From positions 7,564,001 through 7,628,000 of the forward strand of contig CM068756.1 of the NCBI GenBank assembly GCA_035084275.1: a stretch of 64,000 nt of DNA, read 5' to 3'. This DNA is from Hydrolagus colliei. Its lineage: Eukaryota. Below are positions 54,327 through 64,000 of the stretch, piece after piece. Every line of letters starts with the position of its first letter. Position 1 is the stretch's first letter. The notes below the pieces were generated by a model, which was not told where the DNA came from, did no database searches, and saw only the letters and a program-made list of their open reading frames with translations. Made by a program: the position numbers and the translations under genes.

Positions 54327-55834
54327 AAGAGACACTTGCCAAAGCAAATCCAAAGGAAACAGTAGCACCACAATTCAAACTAGTCTTGAGTACCAATCCA
54401 AATCTGCAGGGAACTGGGGAACCAGGAAACTGTTCCATATACTTAGAATGTAGATTTCCCAGCTGGTAGTATGGTTTCCTGGAGCTCTGGTTCGGCCCCC
54501 AGGCCTGTCTGAAGTCACGGCACCGCTGTTTCCTATGGACTGCTGCAGGAAGCACAGGAACATGTCCTGCCAATGATATTACCAGAGTAACCCAGCAGGG
54601 AGAAAGGTTCAACCGAAGATCTCCATTCCAGTAGGAAACTATACGTTTTTTTAATATGTTAGAATTCTTCTGTAAAAATCTGAAAATACTTTGAGCAAAG
54701 GATACTTCGCTATGCTTTGTCTTTCAGTATGAGTAAGTTAAAGTGGCATACCTGTAAAATAATCTCAATTGGTGGGAATACATCCGTTAATTCTTTTAAC
54801 AATCAGCCAGGTTTCTGTATTCCCCAATTTATTGCACAGACAACTGTCTGTAAAAATGTAGCAAAGCCCCCCAAATATCTTTGCTCAAGAGCCATTTGAA
54901 CAGAAAATACAACACTTTTTGAAACCAGCATAGTCAAACCTTTATTTTAAAACTTCTCTGATAGAATCACATGTTGCTGGCTCTTTAAATAGTTTTAGTA
55001 AATGTCGCTGCCGGAACTTATTTCAGATGCAAGAATTCTGCTAATTTAGAAAGGCATACCAAGCCTGGAATTGAAACCCATTATTGCCAATAAAATTCAA
55101 GAATTCAGCAGAATGTAAAAAAAAATCACTTCTGAAGGGGGATTAAGGTCATTAAGAAGTGTTAATCCTCTAAAATAGGCTTGTTCAAACACAGTACCAA
55201 AGATCATGTGGCTTTTAGAAAGCTTCTTCTGTATTTACATGAGGGAAATCGACAACCTGCGAAGCTAACATTAAACATTTGCTGTAAAATTGTATGTTGA
55301 AATGGAATGGTGCCTCTACCGGTATTTGCTTTAACCCGATGGCAAGGGTACATTTACAAGATGGACACTTCCCCAGCTACAACTTACATCAAGCAATTCT
55401 GTGACATACAGAAAAGATGCACTGAATCACAAGAGGGTTACTGCTCCACCATTATTTCTTAGCTACTAAGTCCAATTGTGTAAATACAATCAAATAAAGG
55501 TTGATCCTATCATCACTGAAATATATATCAATTTAGGACATTGCAGCCACAATTATCGACCTATTGTCAGGTACCAGTGAATAGGCTTCAACACCCACAC
55601 AAAAAAAACTACACTAGTTCCAGAATAGCCCTTGATGTCTATTTCTTCTGGACAGCTGAACCCAGGCCCATACCAATTCAGGGCATATACAACTACAACA
55701 AATATGATTTCACACTTCAATAACACCTTTCACGTAGAGAGGAAGTTCTAAAGTGCTTGACAATGGTGGCTGGACATCTTAGCTAGGGAGGGCGGAGAGC
55801 CTAAGGAGTGGGTAGAGGAAAGATGATTGAAGGC

Positions 55835-55912
55835 ACAACAACAAAATTACATTTTTGGAGCGCCTTTCATGTCAGGAGGATGTCCCAAGGGGCTGAACAG
55901 TCAGGTCGGGAC
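55835..55912 (-). mobile_element. Short L2 3' tail
   Basis: acaacaaaattacatttttggagcgcctttcatgtcaggaggatgtccc. Confidence 0.75.
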
Positions 55913-55914
55913 AT

Positions 55915-56240
55915 TTGGTGCCGTTGGTAGCATTCGCGCTTGCAAGTTGTGGGTTCAAACAACCATGTTGAGACTTTGAACGCATACAGTCTTGTTTGGA
56001 TGAGGTGTTAAACTAAATACATGTTGAAGATCCCACAGAAATCTTTTAAAAGAGAAGGGAGTTACTCCCAGTGTCCAAGTGAACAATTTCCCAAATAAAA
56101 TTGGACATTCACTTTACGATTGTTTGTGCAAGATTGCCTGCATCAATTGGCTGGCTTGTTTGCATACAAAATACACAGTCACTACACTTTACAGTGTATC
56201 CTGCAAAGGATCCCAGAATGTATTATATTTAAGGATTATG
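55915..56240 (+). mobile_element. Older Deu-domain SINE (SacSINE/AmnSINE1-like)
   Basis: Head ccgttggtagcattcgc..gtgggttcaa; Deu-like blocks ttggatgaggtgttaaac, gaagatcccac, ggggagttactcccagtgtcc, aattggctg, cagtcactacactt. Confidence 0.65.
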
Positions 56241-57169
56241 ATATGTCTTTTTATGCATCTTCTTCCATTTAAATTATCGGCAAATGATAATTTATCTATG
56301 AGAGGAACTTGTTAAAAAAAACACTAAGACACTTTATTCAGCAAAGTTAGGTTAGATAGATATAATCAAATGAAACACGAGGGCAACTGGATGTGTACCA
56401 AAGGTTTACTCCTACCTGAAACTATTTAATTGTATCTTTGATCTTTCTTTGCTCCATTTCTCCCACATTAACCATTGCTAACAGGAAGAGAATTGTGGGT
56501 CACTCAATGAGTGTCAACATTGCTGTGTAATTGGCAAATTCAATGAACGGCTGCAGAGATGAAAGTGTACTGAGGTGAAACTAGAGCTTTTCATATTCTT
56601 GAAGTCCGCCAAACTTTTTCAAACAACTTTCCCTTATAGCAACCCTAAGTACACAGTCTCTTTTGCTGAGGGAAGAGTGCACTGCAGAATCTAAATGACA
56701 AGACAATTTCTCTTTCTTCTTACACAAAAGGAACATCCATCCTCTGGCTTTCTTTCTTGAAAACGTAAGTGCAATAAAAATTATGATCCCAACTGAAATG
56801 AAAGCAAATCAGCTAACCTGAATTTTAATAATTTATAAGATAGGAAGGCAATTTTGTGTTAGAAATGTTAAAGATGGCTTCTACCATCAATCAAAATGTG
56901 TATCTTTAAAGATCTGAAATGGACCCTAAAGTGGATGTTTAGAATAGAATAGATATGAGCCACTTTAAGAAGTTATACTGGACTTGGAAGTCCAATGAAG
57001 TGGACTTCCATCACGTTTTATTCAATATATCTATCTTTAAATCCAATGAAGACCCACTGGCTCTCCATCCCAGGAAGATATATGGCATGAAGTTGCTTAC
57101 CTAAGATAAGAAACTGGATAAACAGACTCTACTACCAGAGCTGCAAAGCTTTAGAGCATTTCATTGGTG

Positions 57170-57490
57170 AGTTAAAATAACAGAGAATTGTCTCGTTGCT
57201 AGGAGACATCTCTCCAACAGGGGAATCCAAACCAAGATAATGGTGTTAAAAAGTGAATACAAAACAGTTTTGGGACAAAAAGTATGAAAATGAGGAAAAC
57301 ACTGCCCAAGATAAAGAATCAATAGAGCGATTGGAATGGGAGATAGATATATACTCAGAAAATAAAGATATTAAGAAACATGGAAAAGGGGAAGTTAAAT
57401 TAAAATGTTAAAGACTGTCATGAATTGGTGAAACACGAGGGCAGGTTCAATGGCTTGAATGACCGACTCTCATTCCTAGTCCTATATGCT
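57170..57490 (+). mobile_element. Degraded CR1 3' end
   Basis: ggggaatccaaaccaag..cagggttcaatggcttgaatgaccgactctcattcctagtcctatatg-type CR1 terminal pattern. Confidence 0.55.
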
Positions 57491-57525
57491 CACTGGATTT
57501 TCTAGTGTTCTGTAAGCAAGGTTTA

Positions 57526-57818
57526 TTAATAATAATAATTCTTGCTCTAGATATAGCGCTTTTCACATCTTCCAGACATCTCAAAGTACTTCACAAAATA
57601 TACTGCAAATTGAATTGACTGTATATTTGTGGGCGAAACATGGCAGCCAATTGCACACAAACAGTTGTAGATTGAAATGACCAATTTTTTTTGAGGGATT
57701 ATTATTAGGTGTATGGAGCAAGGAAACTTGCCCAAAGTTTCACACTGACCTGCCTGGATTCGAACACAGGTCTCTCGCTTGTAAGGCGAATGCCTTAACC
57801 ACTGAGCCACAGGACTCC
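57526..57818 (-). mobile_element. Full-length tRNA-derived SINE
   Basis: Minus strand ggagtcctgTGGCTCAGTGGttaaggcattcgccttacaagcgagagacctgtGTTCGAATCC, ending in (ATT)n tail; intact A and B boxes. Confidence 0.92.
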
Positions 57819-57896
57819 ATTAAATGGTAAGACACTTTGCATTCTTAAATGTTTTCTAGATAAAACATTCGATGCATTAAGATGCCTGTACACCTC

Positions 57897-57942
57897 AGAG
57901 TAGGAGAGTTTAGAGTAGGAGAGTGAGAGTAGGAGAGTGAGA
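57897..57942. repeat. Short tandem repeat, about 3 x GAGAGTAGGAGAGT
   Basis: Direct reading. Confidence 0.75.
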
Positions 57943-58764
57943 TTCAGAGCTCATGAAACACAACAGAAAAGCATAAGAAAAAGAAGAATCATACCATAAA
58001 ATGTCCCAAGCTTGATTGAACATTGAAAGTTTAGAACTGTTGTTAAATTCCTTATTCAATAGAACTGCTTTTCAAGAGAGAAAGGAAAATTTATAAAAGC
58101 AATATCAACCCATCTGCTCTAGCCATGCTACTACTTCATGATAGTGTGTGCATATTGTTGAGTTGATGAAAAATTGACATTTAATGGAATAAAAGTTACT
58201 GTTTAATTTTAGTCACATAAGAAAAGTCACTAACATTCTGATGAGGCACATGAATCTGGGACTGGAAACAGCTGCTCTGATTGAAGTGATGCACATTATA
58301 ATTATATAGTTGTTTCATCACATTTTCTAAATAAACAAGCATCTGTTTTTTTTCTTTTTGAAATATAAAGATACTAGTGTTTTCCTACATTTTGCTATTA
58401 AAATCTACCGCAAGTGAAAACTAATGTTGAAGAACATGTTCCTTTGTGTATAATTCGGAAATTAGATTGGAAACATCTGTTTGCCAATTCATGCAGCAAT
58501 TCTTTAAATCCTTAAGGGTGAAAGGCTTCAATCAGCATTCAACTGTTTGTAGATTCATTGTGAACAGACATCTACCCAGCCGATTATTGTATCAGGTTTT
58601 GCGTTCAGATAATTTAAATTGCTGTTCTAAGTAAAACAGATGAACTTACAATTTCTATTTTGTTTACATAGAGGAATGACAATATCATTTCAGTTTAGTC
58701 TAAACTGTGCTTATTTCTTTACCTATGAACAGAAGCACAACATAACGCACATTCCTAACTGTCT

Positions 58765-59724
58765 GTGATCAGGGCTCCCTCTGCCTCCTCATCCTCTCTG
58801 CTGCCTTTGATACCGTGGACGACTCCATCCACCTCCACGGCCTCCCTTCTCACCTCAACTTTCAGGGTTCAGTCCTTCAAAGGTTTTATCTCTCACACCA
58901 ACTCCAATTTATCTCTGTCAACATTTCCAACCCTAGCACAGTCCCAGGCACTGGCAGCATCAACATCCACGGATGCACACTCCACCTCACCAAGCCAGTC
59001 TGGAACCTGGGCATCTTGTTTGACCCTCAAATATCCTTTCTCCCCCAAATTTATGCTATGACCCGATATACCTTCTCCCACCTCTGCAACATTTCCCAAC
59101 TCTGCCACTACCTCACCCCTCAGGCCAACAAAACCCTCATACATGACCCAAGGTGACAACGGAAACTCCTTCCTTGCCGGCCTCCCCAACTCATTCCTCC
59201 ACAAGCTGAAGATCATTTAGAGCTCCGGCACCAGACTCCATGACATCCCATTGCACCCACCCTCACCCGACTCCACTGGCTCCCCATCCCTCAAGAGGAT
59301 AGAATTAAAAAACCCTGTGCTCACTTTCAAGGCTCTAAGTTGCCTTGCCCCTTCTCCCTCTCTGACCTGCAACCTCCTTATCAATATGTCCGCTTCCTGC
59401 CTTCTGCAGGCTCCAGCCTGTTCCAATTCTCCCAACCGATCCGACTACCATCAGCGACCAGCCTTTCAGCCTTTCAGCCTCTCAGCCCCCAGCCTTTGGA
59501 ACTCCACCACACAATCCCTTTACCTTGCATCCTCCCTTGCCTCCTTCAAGGTACAACTCTAGATCCTTCTTTTCAATTGTGCCTTTAGCTGCTCTCCTAC
59601 CTTTCTGCCCTCCCTCATTCCAATCCTGCCCCCCCATGCTCAGGTCCCCGACTGTTCAGTGCCTTGGGATGTACTCCGAACCTGAAAGGTGCTTTACACG
59701 TGTAATTTTGTTGTTTTTGTTGTT
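58765..59724 (+). mobile_element. L2 LINE 3' fragment (about 960 bp, frameshifted RT C-terminus)
   Basis: SAAFDTVD-like (ctctgctgcctttgataccgtggac), VWNLGILFDPQISF, HLCNISQL, LHWLP, APSLWNS, FKVQL; tail tgtaattttgttgtt. Confidence 0.9.
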
Positions 59725-61344
59725 CAATCCAGTTTGAATTCGGGATTTTATCCCTATAGAAATCTGGTACAATTTTCTAAATCCACAATGTAAACTCTCA
59801 AAGTACTAAATAATTCCAGTGTAAATCCAATACTAAAACTCATTCCTTGCTACCACTATCGCTTGCTAGTCAATACCAGACTCTACATCCGGTACTGACT
59901 TCACTTTAAAATAGGTCTAGAGTATACCATTCAGTCGGACCACCTTGTATTACCGATAAACCACCTTAACTACAGTATAGAATTTATTTCTGCCCCATCA
60001 GATACCATTGAACCCTTCCTCCATACCCAGCTTTTCAGTCGCACTTTGGGTCACTTCTTTCCCCAGTTTGAACTCCCAACTAATTGGGAAATTCTCCCGA
60101 AGCAAAAGGCACTATGGATAAGGATTGGTTTAGCTCCCTTTTTCCTGAAAGTAGTTGTGGCTAGAGTGGATGAAACAACAAAATACATAAACAATGAAAT
60201 GCATACAGTCATAAACAGAATCCAACAGAAATTTTAGAAATAAACATTCAAGAAGCAATTAGTAATTAAGAGATAAGGCCACCTTCACAAAGTTAATCTG
60301 CCTTATTTTAACCTTTTCACCAAGGACTTTTGATGATAGATAACAGTCAATCATCAAAAGTACTTGGTGAAATAAGACAGATTAAATTTGATGAAAACAA
60401 AAGATTAAACTTGGTATTTTACAGCAGTATCTCATCTCTTGGGCACCAGTCAGACCGCTGGCCCAAACATCGACTTTTAACAAATTCAAACCTTAGCTGT
60501 CTCCCCCTATTTTCCCATGCAATCCTCAAGTGGGATTTAAAAAACCCAACTACTAGAATCATATGCTCTCACACTTATTCTACAACTTTTTAATGCTGCA
60601 CACCCAACTATTGAGATTACCTTTGTACATATTACCTATTAACACCTCATTGCAGAATCTTTGTGTGTATGCCGCTGATTTAAAATGATAAATGGTCCCT
60701 AGTGCAATCCGATCCTTAGGGTGCTCCTCATTACTTTTCCTACCAAAGCAGCTTCTGCAGCTCAATTGTTCCAGTTCTGATGAGTCACACCCAAACCATT
60801 TTTTTGGAGGCAGATGCGTGTCTGATACACGCACAAACCAGGAGTATCCAAACCAGAGTTCCATACATCTCACCTACACTTGGGAGATTCCCGTGTATTG
60901 GAGTAGAATGTGCACTCACTCCCTGGAGGGACTCATTGCGCTTACCTAATTCTGGACAATGTTAGTCATAGGCTGGCGAAAGCCAAGGCTTGGGGGAATC
61001 GAATGTGCAATGGGGTACTGTTGTATTCTAACTAGCTAAAACCCTTGTCATTGAAAGCACCGCTGATACATTTTCCTGCTGCTTACCCAGTTAAGGCCAC
61101 CCTGCTCGCGAGGCTTCAGCTTGCAGGGTTAATAAGAGCAGATTGGCAAGAGTCTGTGCCCCATTGATTAATCTGTCCAAGTCCTAATGATGAGCTAAGC
61201 TATCATCAACAGTGTCTTGAAATACTGTACCAAATTGTCCAACTCCTTTTGGTATGTCGGTGAAGATACTTGCTCAGAAACTGGACAACTAAGACCGCCT
61301 ACCAATTAAGAGTGCTGACTCCACCCCCTCACCATGAGGAAGAG

Positions 61345-61500
61345 TACAACAACAACAAATTACATTTATAGAGTGCCTTTCACGTTGGGAGGACATCCCA
61401 AGGTGCTGGAGTAGTTTCAGAAATTGATAAACCTGCTGTGCGTTTCCAGTATTTTTGATGGGGGTGGTATTGTAGATTTCCAGCATTCAGTTTTTCTTTT
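61345..61500. mobile_element. L2 tail (minus, 61345-61408) next to degraded Penelope-type terminus (about 61430-61500)
   Basis: (CAA)n attacatttatagagtgcc; then acctgctgtgcgtttccagtattttt...agatttccagcattcag, similar to the arm sequence at 42326-42498. Confidence 0.6.
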
Positions 61501-63052
61501 GTCACGATATTTCTGATATTTTATATATCATGGATTAACTTTACCAACCACCCTGCTGTGCACTGTAGCCAAAACAAAATCGGGTAACCTGCTTACTACC
61601 TGGGGCAATTTCAAGCAAAGGAGCTGCAAGTACCAGAATAAGCAAGTCTCCTGTTAATCAATACTAGTGTATTATGGAAAACTCCATAAGTACACAAAAT
61701 ACAAAGTTTTTAAACATTAATTACATCATGCAAAATATTAACTAACATTTATCCTGTTCAGAAAATAGTTGTAGTGAAACGTGTTCACCCGAATAAAGTT
61801 TCTCGTAGTTAACCCAAATAGAAGTCAAAACTTCCTTGTCGTCTTAACCTTAAAATAATAGTGTTTGTAAAACTCCTAAATTCAGCCTCAGTTTGGAAGA
61901 GTTTTCTTCCTGCAGACCTCCAGACATCTGAAACATGAATATGTGTCGCTATTTAATATGCATCCAGCTCTGGCTATATAGCAGCCAAACCTTTGCTTCC
62001 CTGGACCAGAGTTCACAAAATGTTTTATGCGACTTGCGTTTTGCAACAGGGTATTCTCACACCAGTGAATGATTTATTTCAGCAGCTGTAACATAATCTC
62101 TCCCTTTTTATAAATGCACTTGAAGTTCCTAATTATTGGTCCACAAAGAGGGAAGGGTCCAGACTCCCTTAGGATTACCTTTTACTCATGGGAGCGTCAG
62201 TCCAGCAATATCTCAGAAACATATGAAGAATATGTGGTGGTATTGAAGAGAATTATTTCCCACAGGCCCTTTACGGTTCACAGTCTACCACCTGGGCTAT
62301 GTGATTAAAAAAAAGGCCAAAAACAAAAAGTGAGAATATGGTACAGTACTGCAAAAGGATTAACAGGAAAAGCCAAAGGATTTCACTGATAACATGTGTG
62401 CGGAAATACATTTTCATCAATGCTTCAAGATTAGCAATTGGACTTTGCAGCTCCTATGGAAAAAACCTAAAGGTGCAAGGCTGAGGGAGCTGGAATTTAA
62501 ACATAAATTATATTTAGACATTTTAGTTAAAGTAGTTTCTAGTTTGTAACAAAATTATCCAATTCCCTTTGGTATGTAGGTTTTTTCTATGATTCTACAA
62601 TTCTTACTCTATTTAGTGCAACTTTCAGTATTTTGCTTATTGTAACCATACAAAATTCTAACCTTCCATCAAGAATGTTTGGACACTTACTAACACAATT
62701 GCAAGAAAACGTTAAGAGTGTACGTCTGCTGATGAGCGACTACAATAAACTGTTTTAATAAAAGGCAATTGTATCACACCCTGAAAGAAATACATCTTAC
62801 AGGAATTTTGGAACATGAATGCACCCAAATTGTATGATTAAGAAATGTCCATGTTCTGAATCATGATATATCCTGATAATAACACTAGGAATCAGTAGAG
62901 CAAAATGAAACACCATTAAAGACTTGTAAGGAAATGTGCTGGTGTAATAATTTGGAATAACAAACTATTTTTTCAACATAATATCTCCAGTTAGATCCAA
63001 AACTTCACGCAATACACAACAAGTTTATAAAGTTATTTCCCATTCTCTAGAC

Positions 63053-63256
63053 CAGTGGTGACCAACTTTTTTGGTCGATCAATCAAATAATTGTATCTTG
63101 ATTCAATATTTCTTGATTTATGGCTGCACCATAAATATTATTATTTAGTAGCTACTGGAAACAAAATATTGATTTAACACAGATGTATGTAGACTAGTGT
63201 GATTGTTCAGCGGGACACTTCCTGACACCCCAGCGGGCCACTTTTGGCCACCACTG
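63053..63256. mobile_element. hAT-Charlie-type MITE (204 bp)
   Basis: TIRs CAGTGGTGACCAA ... TTGGCCACCACTG; degenerate 8-bp duplication CTCTAGAC / CTCTTGCC, the left copy fitting the Charlie NTCTAGAN target. Confidence 0.75.
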
Positions 63257-63439
63257 CTCTTGCCTTTTCTACCACTTGTGACACAAGATCCATCATTTGT
63301 GCCCAACTGTAAAATAAAATTGCCAATTTGCAGAAACATGTATATTCCTCATGCCAATCTTCTCGCTGAGAAATGCTTAACTATTCTGATTTCTCCACTC
63401 CAAATACTGATATCCAGATGAGTGTTTGAAACATTTCCA

Positions 63440-63595
63440 TGCTGTTTTGTATTATCACAACTGTGATTTGTGCAATCACAATCTTATGTTTGCCTCCAAA
63501 CTACACTTTACAGTAAATCCAACAAAGTAATTTGAAACATCCTCCGGATGTGAAAAGCACTATAACAAATGCAAAGGTTATGATTATTAATAATT
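63440..63595 (+). mobile_element. 3' part of tRNA-derived SINE
   Basis: cactttacagta..gtgaaaagcactataacaaatgcaaagg (ATT)n, as in 46620-46939. Confidence 0.7.
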
Positions 63596-64000
63596 AAGAC
63601 ATGAAAAGATGTTAGAAAAATCTGAATTGAGGCCTTGGTTGTGACACAATCTTATTTTCCCCCAAGAATCCAAATGGATCAATCTAGCCATTTTGCACTT
63701 TTGAATACAGTACTGTACTCTATGAACAAATTGCTACTATCATACTATGTGCTTTAAAGGCAAAGGAAAGTCTACAGGGATTACGTTGTTCAAAGTACTC
63801 CCCCTAGCTATAGAAGAAAATAAAACAAGGTTCCAAGATATTTTCTGTGTGGTAAGGAAACCTTGTTTAACTACATTACCTGGGACCAACGTTTCCTCAA
63901 CTCAAGCTTCTCATCCTTCCTCTGTGAGATTGCTAGAGAGAGTGAGAGAATGCATGTGCAATTGATGCAGGGTAGCACCATGTTATTCTTCCATGCTTAC

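Larger units (their letters stand above)
52471..64000 (-). other. ZNF423: ZNF423 intron upstream of the large exon
   Basis: Ends in polypyrimidine tract plus AG at 52472-52471; no upstream ZNF423 exon recognised in the window. Confidence 0.75.

Noticed and set aside
56985-57010. 10-bp inverted repeat TGGAAGTCCA-atgaag-TGGACTTCCA
   Set aside because: Short enough to arise by chance or from a decayed repeat; no supporting context.
57745-57818. tRNA genes here and at 46620-46690 (Val-like anticodon loops)
   Set aside because: Acceptor stems do not close, and both continue into the same SINE body and (ATT)n tail.

Overview
AT-rich vertebrate genomic DNA, most likely a cartilaginous fish (L2/CR1 LINE tails, Deu-type tRNA-SINEs and a shark-type Penelope terminal hairpin; organism is inferred). 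The window lies inside one large minus-strand gene, ZNF423 (OAZ/Roaz/Zfp423). Two coding exons are visible: the 3,233-bp multi-zinc-finger exon (52470-49238) and the next 85-bp exon (48929-48845), with canonical GT-AG sites and compatible phases. The rest appears intronic (at least 48.8 kb downstream, about 11.5 kb upstream) and carries L2/CR1/Tx1 remnants, SINEs, hAT and Tigger MITEs and candidate conserved enhancers. Most notable: (1) a young CpG-rich hAT MITE family whose two copies each carry an NRF1 motif plus a splice donor in the gene's sense orientation, one 205 bp from the big exon's acceptor and containing a G-quadruplex-type minisatellite; (2) a 173-bp Penelope-type hairpin with a 14-bp target duplication and a degenerate hammerhead ribozyme core; (3) a perfect 28-bp-stem hairpin; (4) a fold-back Tigger element; (5) LF-SINE- and AmnSINE2-like relics. 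Repeat family names come from recalled consensus sequences, not database searches. Nearly all short ORFs in the track are spurious.
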